From: a virus
Taxonomy: Duplodnaviria > Caudoviricetes
Strand: one strand, 5' to 3'
Virus record (IMG/VR): IMGVR_UViG_3300032218_002273
Location: 17,764 to 81,763 of that record
Length of the DNA stretch: 64,000 bases
Below, in pieces: positions 17,794 through 26,558 of the stretch. Below the pieces are notes generated by a model. That model did not search any database, was not told the origin of the DNA, and worked only from the letters and a program-made list of their open reading frames with translations. The position numbers were made by a program, and so were the translations under genes. The stretch's first letter is position 1. Every line of letters begins with the position of its first letter.

Positions 17794-17974
17794 TTTCCAT
17801 TCTCCTTTCATAAGGTCGTTTAGGTTTAGGTACATAATCAAAGTTGACACGCATATTTCTTTCGAATCTTTTTTCATCTAGATATTCTAGTAGACAAAGA
17901 AATAATATAAATCCCACTATGATATACCAATCGTGATCTATGAAGTGCGCTAAATCTTTAGCGATCTCTTGCAT
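17753..17974 (-). CDS. Small membrane protein
   Basis: One TM segment. Confidence 0.5.
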   Translation of the reverse strand: MQEIAKDLAHFIDHDWYIIVGFILFLCLLEYLDEKRFERNMRVNFDYVPKPKRPYERRMENARSNINKINRHR

Positions 17975-18213
17975 TAAAAATCCCCCAACACATCATGCGA
18001 TTGAATTAGTTTAAGACACTCACTAGTAGGAATGTTCAATCTGCTAATAGCAGTCCTAAGTATTTGAGATGTTATGTCAGATCTATTCTTATGGCTAATA
18101 ACCTGCAACTGTTCCCCATTCCTTACTAACTGTATAACTTCTTTTAAAGTAATATACTTGCTATCGTTTCTGTCATATAACTTTCTGTTGCCATAATAAG
18201 TAACTACTCTCAT
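17974..18213 (-). CDS. PhaR-like DNA-binding domain protein (PHB_acc_N)
   Basis: YGNRKLYD..DSKYITL..V..LVR.GE...VI......DIT..IL. Confidence 0.85.
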   Translation of the reverse strand: MRVVTYYGNRKLYDRNDSKYITLKEVIQLVRNGEQLQVISHKNRSDITSQILRTAISRLNIPTSECLKLIQSHDVLGDF

Positions 18214-18222
18214 AAGTTTCTC

Positions 18223-18540
18223 CTATAATTTAATTTGATTTAATGCAGACATTACTAGATCTTGTGTCTGTCTGTTATATAAAAATACTTCCTGCAAAGT
18301 TAAGATGACTTGCCCCATGTCAATCTCTTGTGGGTAGATATACTTAGAGCCAGCTCCAACTCTATCTCTAGAAATAAGTCCAGCCTTCTTTAGCTTAGTT
18401 AAGTTTCTTCCAACCATATCCTCATTCAACTGAGCATAGTAACATACATCACTAACAGACATATCTTTAAATCGTTCTGTTCTCATAGCTTTAATAAACT
18501 CGATAGTTTGTATTGTATCTGACCTCAGCTTCATTACCAT
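18223..18540 (-). CDS. Winged-helix DNA-binding protein
   Basis: SVSDVC....LNEDMVGRNLTKLKKAGLISR. Confidence 0.7.
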   Translation of the reverse strand: MVMKLRSDTIQTIEFIKAMRTERFKDMSVSDVCYYAQLNEDMVGRNLTKLKKAGLISRDRVGAGSKYIYPQEIDMGQVILTLQEVFLYNRQTQDLVMSALNQIKL

Positions 18541-18725
18541 TCCTCCCCTTGTAAGTTACCTTCTAAGTCATACTCTGAATCATCTTCCAGTAGAATTTGT
18601 TTAGCATCTAAAAACATAAACCTTTTATCATCTTCCGTAACATCTTTACTACGAGATACTAACTCATCTACATAATCTGAGCAAGCTTTTAATTGTGCCT
18701 TGTAAGGCAAGTGTTTGAACTTCAT
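18534..18725 (-). CDS. Hypothetical protein
   Basis: Operon spacing. Confidence 0.55.
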   Translation of the reverse strand: MKFKHLPYKAQLKACSDYVDELVSRSKDVTEDDKRFMFLDAKQILLEDDSEYDLEGNLQGEEW

Positions 18726-18726
18726 A

Positions 18727-18999
18727 CTAATCCTCGAATGTTACAGTCTTACCTTCAAAAGTAATTCTCTCTAGGGTGTTCAAGTTAATAGTTCGGTATG
18801 CTTTCTTCTGCATATCAAACACTACAATATGATTAAGTTCTTCGGGATCATGCTTCATCTCTCCGCCCTTGAGATGCTTAGTTACTCCTAGCATACAGTT
18901 CATTACTCTAAGGCTTCCGTCTTTCTTGGTGAATTCAACTGTAAAAATCTTCTTACCTACTAGTTGTCTTAACTGTTCTGATTTTAATTCTGCACTCAT
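18727..18999 (-). CDS. SH3-like beta-barrel phage protein (WYL_2-like)
   Basis: FTVEFTKKDGSLRVMNC...VFD..KK.YR.I. Confidence 0.65.
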   Translation of the reverse strand: MSAELKSEQLRQLVGKKIFTVEFTKKDGSLRVMNCMLGVTKHLKGGEMKHDPEELNHIVVFDMQKKAYRTINLNTLERITFEGKTVTFED

Positions 19000-19634
19000 G
19001 CTACCTCCTTAATATGTTTACCCTTAACAAAATTCTTATGTGGTTTCTTTCTACTATGTAATACTAAACCAATCTTACCATTAGGATTTTTCCATGCCTC
19101 AGTATCATCTTCACTAGCATTAATATATCCTGCTTCAATTAAATCTTCCAATGTTTCAAACACTTGAGAGTGTCTATGCTCATCTTCAATTACAATCTTA
19201 CCGCCATTAGAATAAATAAGCACGAAGTTTTTTGGTAATGATACTCCTTCAAAGAATGGAATTGATTTAGTGTAAGCATAGAATTGTACATGAGGTAGAG
19301 CATCCATAATCTTTAACCACTTAGATACATACTCTCTATTATAGAAGTCTCCACTATCATGAATACGAATTGCCTGCGCTTTCTTCTTTGTGATAGCTGC
19401 TATCATAACTGTTACGAAATCATTTTGTAATGATGCTTGCAGTCTATACTCATAGGCGGCAATAACTTTTGGCCAAGCATAAGCTCCCTCTTTGGCATAA
19501 CAGTTATGCGCACAAGGCCCTGCAAAAGGACAAGTAATTAAACCTGTAGTAGACTTGTGTGCAGGTATACCGAAGTTAAATGTTCGCACACTTGCCTTCT
19601 TCATCTTATCATTCTGTGTTAATAGTTCTGGCAT
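18996..19634 (-). CDS. GP88-family (radical-SAM-like) protein
   Basis: TCPFAGPCAHNCYA, RIHDSGDF, YAYTK. Confidence 0.8.
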   Translation of the reverse strand: MPELLTQNDKMKKASVRTFNFGIPAHKSTTGLITCPFAGPCAHNCYAKEGAYAWPKVIAAYEYRLQASLQNDFVTVMIAAITKKKAQAIRIHDSGDFYNREYVSKWLKIMDALPHVQFYAYTKSIPFFEGVSLPKNFVLIYSNGGKIVIEDEHRHSQVFETLEDLIEAGYINASEDDTEAWKNPNGKIGLVLHSRKKPHKNFVKGKHIKEVA

Positions 19635-19635
19635 A

Positions 19636-20082
19636 CTAAGACTCCGTAGTTAATTTATATATACATAAGAAACTATCACTCTTAATCACTGGCAAATTTA
19701 ATATAACATTTCTTTGGAATGTTCCTATCTTTGTTATACCATCTTTCTTTACATCTCTGCGTACAGTAATATATGCTACGCCTGATGGCAGTAAGAGTTC
19801 TTTTATCTTATTTAAAACCTTATCAGCTTCCTGCTCTTCAATTACATTCAGTACATAGTTGCATACTACAACCTCATACTGTCTGTCAGGTAGTCTGTTA
19901 AAGTAATGAGGGTCATACTTATCAAACCCTAGCGTGTCTGCATCGAACCCTCGACCACAACCATAGTCTAATACACTTGCGTGATCTGGAATTAAATTTC
20001 TTTCAATCAATTCCTTTATAGGTTTAGATAAGGTAGTTCTTTTTATTGCTGTCTTGTATGCCGTCTTATGTGCGTTACTCAT
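19636..20082 (-). CDS. Class I SAM-dependent methyltransferase
   Basis: VLDYGCGRG, YDP, CNYVLNVI. Confidence 0.85.
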   Translation of the reverse strand: MSNAHKTAYKTAIKRTTLSKPIKELIERNLIPDHASVLDYGCGRGFDADTLGFDKYDPHYFNRLPDRQYEVVVCNYVLNVIEEQEADKVLNKIKELLLPSGVAYITVRRDVKKDGITKIGTFQRNVILNLPVIKSDSFLCIYKLTTES

Positions 20083-20290
20083 ATTCCCTCCTATAATCTT
20101 CTGTCATCTCATGATGATAATTAAGCCATGACTGATAGCATCTATTAAATTCCTTGAATTGTAAATCTAAATCTCTATCGCCAATCTGTTCTTCAATACA
20201 GTTCTCTACTGTCTCTAATACTTCCTCATCAGTAATACTTCTCTCATTCATTACTCTCTTGCTCTGCGTTATCAATTGCTCCAGCGTCAT
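20075..20290 (-). CDS. Hypothetical protein
   Basis: GGAGG RBS. Confidence 0.55.
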   Translation of the reverse strand: MTLEQLITQSKRVMNERSITDEEVLETVENCIEEQIGDRDLDLQFKEFNRCYQSWLNYHHEMTEDYRREYE

Positions 20291-20486
20291 AGTTATCCTC
20301 CCAGTATTGTTTCAAACCTTTACTGTCTTTTGTTTTTAAAATAAGATGTACAGAATCTATAGGTATTAGATAATGCTCCTCTAATGTTAAGGCATCCTTA
20401 CCATATAAAAACAATAGGGTCTTTGTTAACTTCTTAGCAGATAAAATACTTAAAACATTTTCTTCTTCCATCACGACTCCAAGCAT
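20244..20486 (-). CDS. Hypothetical protein
   Basis: Operon spacing; start uncertain. Confidence 0.45.
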   Translation of the reverse strand: MLGVVMEEENVLSILSAKKLTKTLLFLYGKDALTLEEHYLIPIDSVHLILKTKDSKGLKQYWEDNYDAGAIDNAEQESNE

Positions 20487-20505
20487 TCTATTAAAGTTTA
20501 AATTG

Positions 20506-20796
20506 TTAATCTACTCTATCAAACTTCCTGTCCTTATAATCTTGAAATCTTTTTTCTGCTTCATCTTCTACACAACTATCACAAGTGTTATTGTAATCAT
20601 ACTCACTATTTACTATAGCTCTACCACAACACTTGCAACTAATATAATCTTCCACACATGATTCGCAATAATAACTTCCAGCAGTAGTTTCAAATAAGTC
20701 AGAGTCTCCTTCTACTTCACCCTCACACTTATCACAAGTGCAAGGCTTCTCATTGTTATCTAATCTCCAAGCATCATAGCCTTTCCACACATCCAT
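20506..20796 (-). CDS. Multi-CxxC Zn-finger protein
   Basis: Four CxxC pairs. Confidence 0.65.
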   Translation of the reverse strand: MDVWKGYDAWRLDNNEKPCTCDKCEGEVEGDSDLFETTAGSYYCESCVEDYISCKCCGRAIVNSEYDYNNTCDSCVEDEAEKRFQDYKDRKFDRVD

Positions 20797-20805
20797 AACT
20801 ACTCC

Positions 20806-21600
20806 TTAACAATCACACCATTCCATTTCTTCTTCACAGTCAGGGCAGTAAGTAGTATCATCTTCCTCGCCTTCGTTATCGTATGCAGACTTAGCCAATG
20901 TCTCTGTTCTTATACCTTTAGACTCAGCTACAACTTTAAACTTACAGACTCTCATCTTAGTTCCATTGTAGTCTGTTGGCACAGCTACTACATCAGCAGG
21001 GTCAACTTCAACATCAACAATAACTCTATCACCACCGAAAGTTTCAGCATAAGATAAGCAAGCAACATGAAGCCCATGACTACAAGTGTTATTAGGATTG
21101 TCGTCTACTTGTGATCTATCCACCTCAACAACATTACCAATACTGTTATCCATCTTTCCTGTGTGATGATCTCTAAAGTTTTTAGTAACTGATCTATAAG
21201 CGATGAAGTTTCCTTCTGTTGTTATAGGGTGTCCGTTGTGTTCAAGGAACTGGAACAATTGTTCTCTGCTATTGAACGAAGGATTCTTATTAAGCTTTCT
21301 CCAGAATTTAATAAGAGGTTCGTAAGGCAAAGACTCGTGAAAGAATTGTAAGATTCTGTCTGATAAAGAATCAGGTAAAGGTTTGTTATCAATGAATACA
21401 ACTCCCTGTCTAACATCAACACCACCTTGTCTTAATGCAAGTGTAGTGTCTACTAAGTTAGGAATGTCTGAAAGCTTTCCCGATTTAATAGCTTCAAGAA
21501 TTTTATTATACCTACCATCAGTAGATGCTACATTGTGTGTAGCCCCATCAAAGTTAACAATGATACTACCAGAAAGGATTACATAATTTACATTACTCAT
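20806..21600 (-). CDS. rIIB: RIIB-like protein
   Basis: PITTEGNFIAYR, CSHGLH, VDPADVVAVPTDYN..KMRVC. Confidence 0.9.
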   Translation of the reverse strand: MSNVNYVILSGSIIVNFDGATHNVASTDGRYNKILEAIKSGKLSDIPNLVDTTLALRQGGVDVRQGVVFIDNKPLPDSLSDRILQFFHESLPYEPLIKFWRKLNKNPSFNSREQLFQFLEHNGHPITTEGNFIAYRSVTKNFRDHHTGKMDNSIGNVVEVDRSQVDDNPNNTCSHGLHVACLSYAETFGGDRVIVDVEVDPADVVAVPTDYNGTKMRVCKFKVVAESKGIRTETLAKSAYDNEGEEDDTTYCPDCEEEMEWCDC

Positions 21601-21608
21601 AACTCCTC

Positions 21609-21929
21609 CTACCCTATAAAGCGTTCTGTTTGTATTATACTAGCGTCTGTAAATTCTTTAAACGTTGACCAACTTTTTAGTGTAAACTCTTCAAAAGATA
21701 TACCGTTGTTACTTAGTGTTTTCTTAGCAACAATAGCTGAACGCTCAGACAACTCAAACTTAGCTATCTTCTCTTGCCCTAATAATTCTACTAGCTTGAG
21801 TGCGTGTTCTTTAGTTCTGATGTGAGCTTTTACTTCCCAACCTTCCTCTGTTTTCTTTGCACATAAAACATAATGTAAGTTGTGATTCAGTTCTATTATC
21901 GCTGAGTCTTTTATCTTAATCAATCTCAT
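21609..21929 (-). CDS. Hypothetical protein between rIIA and rIIB
   Basis: GGAGG RBS, overlaps rIIA stop. Confidence 0.6.
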   Translation of the reverse strand: MRLIKIKDSAIIELNHNLHYVLCAKKTEEGWEVKAHIRTKEHALKLVELLGQEKIAKFELSERSAIVAKKTLSNNGISFEEFTLKSWSTFKEFTDASIIQTERFIG

Positions 21930-23833
21930 ACAGCCTCCTTAAGTTTAATGTAAGTAATAACTTCTTTAAGAAGAGAATCATCTCTAGTTGAAAGTACCAC
22001 AGCTAATGGAAATTTAGATATTAAATTGTCAATTGAATCTTTTAATTTGTTCTCCTGCTTTCTATGTTCTTTAACCTCATCCTCATTTAAGTATAGTACA
22101 TCGGGAGGAGTTCCCCATTTATTATGAGAGATAAGATGTGGGAACTCTTTAGAAATTTTTTGCCATAGTGAAGGAGTTACAAACCCAATCTTCTTTCTTT
22201 CTTCTACTGCTTTGGTTTCTGTATACTCATCAAGCGTAGGTAAACTAGAACTTTCAAAATCATCTTTCGTTAATGCATATACTTTTAAGTCACTGTTATT
22301 TCTAACAACACTAAGAAGCTTTTGATTGCTGGAGTAATTAATATAAGGAACTTTGATAGCATTACTATTAACCATGTTACCAGCATTGATAATTATAGAA
22401 CACAAATCACCCTTATATTTACTGTACTGAATTTCCTTAACACTATCTATAGGTTTTGCATTAGCAACTTTTACTTTAGAAGGTACAGGTAGCTGGCTTG
22501 CTTCAATAACTGTAAGCTTATCTAATAGAAAGCTAGGCATATCAGATTTATTTTTTAAACACACTACATAACTTGTTAAGTTATATTTAAGTTTAGAAGT
22601 AGGCTTGTTAACTCTTGTGCTGAAGTGATGCTCTAATCTTCTACGCACTTGTGTTACAGTATCGTCTGCGATAATAACAAAGGTAGACTTATCTAAAGCA
22701 TGGCTTTGATAACTAGAGTGTACCTTGTCTGCCTTATCATAAGTCACTCCACCATTCTTATTACTATATCTTCTGATGAAGTTAACATCTGCTACTCTAA
22801 AGAAAGATCCACCACTTACAATTGAAAAGATATTATCTACTTTAATATCGTTCATACCTAGTATAGATTTATATTTAAGAGCAAGCTCTAACTTAGTAGA
22901 GATATCTTTTTCATTTTCTATTTTATCTTGCAAGGATTTTATCTTAGCCTTAACTTTAGTTGCCAATAACTTTACCTTGTCATTGTCGATAATAGATTCT
23001 CTGCTAGGTGCAATGTCTACATCTCCTGTCTTAAGAAATACACATAGACGACTAGCTGCTGAAAAATAAATTGGAGATTCAAATTGAACACCCTCTACGA
23101 CTATTAGATCTGAAGGTTTATGAGCACTATTAAAAGAATTTACAGCTTCAAATACTACAATGTTATCTTCTTCAAAAGCTTTGCTACCAAATGTTGCTTG
23201 TACATTAGGCACTTGTATATTTACATCTATAGTATTCCTATCCCAAAACATTATGCATCTTCTTACTGCAGTTTGAAATGAATCTACATCAGCAGGCTTA
23301 ACAGTTACAATAATCTCTACACCGTTCTTTTGTGTAGTGCTTTCTTGATTAAGGATATCCATTGAGCCAATGTTATCTCTACCAACATGGCAAAGATATG
23401 TTGTCTTAGTTCCTTCATAATAAGATACCACAGTAAAGGAATCTGTATAAGCCCATGCAGACTTTGCACCTAATCCATATCCACCAATCTGCCCATTAGT
23501 ATTTCTTTTAGTTGACGCACCATACATAGTAAAAACATTCTGAACTCTTTCTTCTGAAAGACCTATTCCGAAGTCTCTAACCCTGAACTCACACGCTAGT
23601 TTAGTTGGTGCAATAATAGATAGCTTGTGTGTCTTATTAGTTCCTGCTTCAATCATTGCATCTCTAGCATTGCAGATATACTCCTGCACTAGAGTTTGTA
23701 TTGGACGAGAGTACATTCTATTGCGTAAGATATCAATGATTGCACTGACATCTCCAATGCCAAAGGATTTAGATTTCATTTGCACATTTGATTCAAACTT
23801 ATTATCAGGAACATTTAAATTTAATACTGCCAT
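21926..23833 (-). CDS. rIIA: RIIA-like protein (N-terminal GHKL ATPase)
   Basis: EYICNARDA, VRDFGIGL, YGASTK, GGYGLGAKS. Confidence 0.9.
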   Translation of the reverse strand: MAVLNLNVPDNKFESNVQMKSKSFGIGDVSAIIDILRNRMYSRPIQTLVQEYICNARDAMIEAGTNKTHKLSIIAPTKLACEFRVRDFGIGLSEERVQNVFTMYGASTKRNTNGQIGGYGLGAKSAWAYTDSFTVVSYYEGTKTTYLCHVGRDNIGSMDILNQESTTQKNGVEIIVTVKPADVDSFQTAVRRCIMFWDRNTIDVNIQVPNVQATFGSKAFEEDNIVVFEAVNSFNSAHKPSDLIVVEGVQFESPIYFSAASRLCVFLKTGDVDIAPSRESIIDNDKVKLLATKVKAKIKSLQDKIENEKDISTKLELALKYKSILGMNDIKVDNIFSIVSGGSFFRVADVNFIRRYSNKNGGVTYDKADKVHSSYQSHALDKSTFVIIADDTVTQVRRRLEHHFSTRVNKPTSKLKYNLTSYVVCLKNKSDMPSFLLDKLTVIEASQLPVPSKVKVANAKPIDSVKEIQYSKYKGDLCSIIINAGNMVNSNAIKVPYINYSSNQKLLSVVRNNSDLKVYALTKDDFESSSLPTLDEYTETKAVEERKKIGFVTPSLWQKISKEFPHLISHNKWGTPPDVLYLNEDEVKEHRKQENKLKDSIDNLISKFPLAVVLSTRDDSLLKEVITYIKLKEAV

Positions 23834-23853
23834 ATATCCTCCTACGATATTTG

Positions 23854-24156
23854 CTATTCCTTTCTTCTATTTCTATCGCCTGCTGAATGGACTAAGCCAT
23901 TAGACTTTACCATACTAGAATCAACTTTTAAATTGTTACCTAAGTTGCTACCTTTATTCTGTAACTTAGTAGCTTTATTTATGTAGGCTGTTAATCTTGG
24001 ATCAGAATTTATTTGAATACTACAACCTGCCTTGTGGTCGTATACCATATTGCCTGTGTATCTATCTGTATCAGTTGCACAATCTTCGCATTGATTGATG
24101 CGACCTTTCTTATTTCTATGTAAAATAAATTCAATCCCACAATCAATACATTCCAT
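23854..24156 (-). CDS. Zn-ribbon hypothetical early protein
   Basis: CIDC...CEDC; preceded by the early element. Confidence 0.6.
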   Translation of the reverse strand: MECIDCGIEFILHRNKKGRINQCEDCATDTDRYTGNMVYDHKAGCSIQINSDPRLTAYINKATKLQNKGSNLGNNLKVDSSMVKSNGLVHSAGDRNRRKE

Positions 24157-24160
24157 ATGT

Positions 24161-24222
24161 CCTCCATAGGATTCCTATATACATTAAGCTCGCTAATCAG
24201 TTTTTGTTTTGCGACCTCTAAT
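24161..24222 (-). promoter_or_regulatory. Conserved early upstream element, copy A
   Basis: Minus GTCG-N14-ATTAGCGA-N10-TATAGGAATCCTA-GGAGG. Confidence 0.7.
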
Positions 24223-24258
24223 ATAATATATCATATAGATCTTTCTTGTTAGAAAGAA

Positions 24259-24284
24259 AGAGGAGAGATTGCTCTCTCCCCTCT
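24259..24284 (-). terminator. Intrinsic terminator after the DUF932 gene
   Basis: GAGAGA-GCAA-TCTCTC stem followed by TTTCTTTCT. Confidence 0.65.
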
Positions 24285-24289
24285 ATGAC

Positions 24290-25141
24290 TTAGGAGGCCA
24301 TGCTCATAGCTACTTGCCACGAGTCGTTATTGAATGAGTCGGCGGTAACTTGACTCTTAACTTCTCTTACCTTTCTAGTAATAGGTTGCCCTGAAGCATC
24401 AACTAATCCAAGCCTTACACCCTTAGTAAGTTTCTCTTGGAGAGTGTTAAAGTTTTGATAGAGATTATCTACTTGTTCTTCTTGTCTGATAGGTTTTAGT
24501 AGTTCTAGTTTCTTACTAGCATCTAATACTAACTCGCTGTCAGGGAATCTAATCCTCACCATCTCATCTACAAGAAACACTTTCTCATCTTGAGATAGTT
24601 TCTTGCTAGACATTTTATCAATCTGATTATCAATCAATTCTTTTTTCTCAATGATTTTATAGCTTGCCTCAATTGCTTTCTCAAAAATGTTTTTGTTTCT
24701 GTGAGAAATTGAAAAGCTAAATACATTTCTCGGAGCTACGAGTCCGTTCATACATACTAAGCGAAGCATATCTAAAGTTACTACAATACCTGAGCTACCA
24801 TCATAACTATTCATAACTCTTACAAACATCTCGTGACCTTTAGCTTTGATTGCTAACTCTGGAGATTTGAATTGAATCCAATGTTTTTCATGCCCTATAC
24901 GAGCATGATACTTCTCATTTCTTTTGGTGAATTTGTCTGTAAGTTCTTGCTGTCTCTCTGCAGAATACGCAGGAAACAAAGCGTCTAATCTAGGGTCTAG
25001 TGGTTTTCTTAATGGGCTTTTAGATTCCTTAGCTACAAGGAATCCTGCCTTATTAAACTCTGTAATAATCTTACGAGTATCAGCTAAGAAGTATTTGTCA
25101 GTTAAGTATTCTGCTTTAGTGTGCTGTAATTGTAATGTCAT
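24290..25141 (-). CDS. DUF932/DUF945-family protein
   Basis: NSYDGS, RLVCMNGLV, FNTLQEKLTKG. Confidence 0.85.
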   Translation of the reverse strand: MTLQLQHTKAEYLTDKYFLADTRKIITEFNKAGFLVAKESKSPLRKPLDPRLDALFPAYSAERQQELTDKFTKRNEKYHARIGHEKHWIQFKSPELAIKAKGHEMFVRVMNSYDGSSGIVVTLDMLRLVCMNGLVAPRNVFSFSISHRNKNIFEKAIEASYKIIEKKELIDNQIDKMSSKKLSQDEKVFLVDEMVRIRFPDSELVLDASKKLELLKPIRQEEQVDNLYQNFNTLQEKLTKGVRLGLVDASGQPITRKVREVKSQVTADSFNNDSWQVAMSMAS

Positions 25142-25149
25142 AATCCCTC

Positions 25150-25257
25150 CTATTTAATTTTGATTAGCTGTTGTGCAAAGCATAGTGTTACATAGAACAA
25201 GATGCCACAACAGTACATGAATGTAGTAATTGTAAAAGCTACCATAAAGTTTTTCAT
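25150..25257 (-). CDS. 35-aa hydrophobic microprotein (not in ORF track)
   Basis: MKNFMVAFTITTFMYCCGILFYVTLCFAQQLIKIK; GGAGG RBS after early element B. Confidence 0.55.
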   Translation of the reverse strand: MKNFMVAFTITTFMYCCGILFYVTLCFAQQLIKIK

Positions 25258-25261
25258 ATAA

Positions 25262-25325
25262 CCTCCTGCTAGGATTCCTATATCCAGTTGTCTCGCTAAT
25301 AGGTTTTAGTAATGCGACTCTATAT
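25262..25325 (-). promoter_or_regulatory. Conserved early upstream element, copy B
   Basis: Same blocks and spacing as copy A. Confidence 0.7.
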
Positions 25326-25355
25326 ATATTTATTACTTAGAGTCTGGTGGTAATT

Positions 25356-25378
25356 AAAGAGAGGGCTTTCGCCCTCTC
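25356..25378 (-). terminator. Intrinsic terminator
   Basis: GAGAGGGC-GAAA-GCCCTCTC-TTT. Confidence 0.7.
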
Positions 25379-25384
25379 AATAAC

Positions 25385-25534
25385 TTAGGAGGTTTTCTTG
25401 AGTACACTTCTCAAGAAATCAAGTTCTTCCTGCAATTTAAATATGGTAACTTTGATTGTATAACTATCTTCAAATGCTTTATATTCTTGGAGAAATTTTA
25501 TAGTCTCTTCTAGTTTAAGAATTTTATCCTGCAT
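25385..25534 (-). CDS. 49-aa coiled-coil microprotein (not in ORF track)
   Basis: MQDKILKLEETIKFLQE...; TAGGAG RBS. Confidence 0.55.
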   Translation of the reverse strand: MQDKILKLEETIKFLQEYKAFEDSYTIKVTIFKLQEELDFLRSVLKKTS

Positions 25535-25543
25535 AAAAAACTC

Positions 25544-25723
25544 CTATGCGATTTTTTGTAATTCCTTTTTAAAATCAATCTCTTCCTCTTCTTTGAAGTC
25601 TCTAAAGTCTACGCTTTCAGATTTTACAGGCCCAACCTCTTCAATTTCTTGATAGTATTTTTTCATAGCATTAATTTTTGCAATAACTAGTTTTTGTTGT
25701 GGTGTAAGTTCTTGTTTTTTCAT
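25544..25723 (-). CDS. 59-aa charged microprotein (not in ORF track)
   Basis: MKKQELTPQQKLVIAKINAM...; GGAGG RBS after early element C. Confidence 0.6.
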   Translation of the reverse strand: MKKQELTPQQKLVIAKINAMKKYYQEIEEVGPVKSESVDFRDFKEEEEIDFKKELQKIA

Positions 25724-25727
25724 AAAT

Positions 25728-25790
25728 CCTCCTAGGATTCCTATAAACAGTTTGGTCGCTAATCAGATTTTAATTAGACGACTTCTATAT
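25728..25790 (-). promoter_or_regulatory. Conserved early upstream element, copy C
   Basis: Same blocks as copies A and B. Confidence 0.7.
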
Positions 25791-25821
25791 AATAAATAGT
25801 GCTTATTTTTTGATTTTAGAT

Positions 25822-25850
25822 AAAAAAAAGAAAGGGGCTTTCGCCCCTTT
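25822..25850 (-). terminator. Intrinsic terminator
   Basis: AAAGGGGC-GAAA-GCCCCTTT then CTTTTTTTT. Confidence 0.85.
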
Positions 25851-25852
25851 GA

Positions 25853-26179
25853 TTATGCTACTTTCTTTTCAGTAGTTTCGGATAATTCTTTGTCAGAATT
25901 GAGTTGGTTAATCTCAGCGCAAACCTTCTTAAGCTCATCGGCATGATTTAAGATAAATTCGATAAAATCAGGTGTTAAGTAGTGTTTTACAGCCCCACGC
26001 TCAACTCTAAGAGAAAACTTCCCAGAGCTTTGAGCTTCGTGGATAGCCCAAACAATAGGCTTTTTATTCTTTTCACGGGCAATGTTCGCCATAGAGCTTT
26101 TTAAGGATTTACGCATCTCCTCGATTTCTTTTAATTGAGTCTCTAAGTAAGCCATTTTTTGTTCAAGTGTAAGTGACAT
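25853..26179 (-). CDS. First gene of the left arm, hypothetical
   Basis: Start moved to MSLTLEQK after TAGGAG; own promoter and terminator. Confidence 0.7.
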   Translation of the reverse strand: MSLTLEQKMAYLETQLKEIEEMRKSLKSSMANIAREKNKKPIVWAIHEAQSSGKFSLRVERGAVKHYLTPDFIEFILNHADELKKVCAEINQLNSDKELSETTEKKVA

Positions 26180-26237
26180 AAATACTCCTAAGTTAAAGTT
26201 AAAAAAAGAGAAGGACTCGGTGTCCTGCCACTTAACC

Positions 26238-26253
26238 TGCACCGATCGTGCCA
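26238..26253 (-). promoter_or_regulatory. Sigma-54-type -24/-12 promoter
   Basis: TGGCACGATCGGTGCA with correct GG..GC spacing, about 60 nt upstream of ATG 26179. Confidence 0.6.
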
Positions 26254-26430
26254 AGTGGCAAGTTGTTGAAATTATTGGACAACAAAATCTGTTGAGTGTT
26301 GAAAGTTTGGACGATTTCCGAGAAAACCCAATGATTTCGCAACTGTTAGGTTTTTTGACAGGTGACAAAAGTTTGGACAGTCCAAGTGATTGAAATTGTG
26401 GAGTTTATCGGGATTACAGCTAGATAAAGC

Positions 26431-26505
26431 TAAGTGGTTGATAATACAGAGAGTGTTAATAAAATTACAGAGTTAACTATAAGGTCTAGTGATATCAAGT
26501 AGTTA
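26431..26505. promoter_or_regulatory. Two perfect IHF consensus sites
   Basis: TATCAACCACTTA (minus, 26431-26443) and TATCAAGTAGTTA (plus, 26493-26505) match WATCAANNNNTTR. Confidence 0.6.
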
Positions 26506-26558
26506 GTGTAAGTGCTGGATAATCATTAGGTTTATTGTAAAATCAAATAGATATATTT

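Noticed and set aside
2549-24000. Plus-strand ORFs in the left arm (e.g. 2549, 3190, 6102, 8911, 11831, 21535, 22776)
   Set aside because: They overlap well-supported minus-strand genes and lack RBS or promoter motifs.
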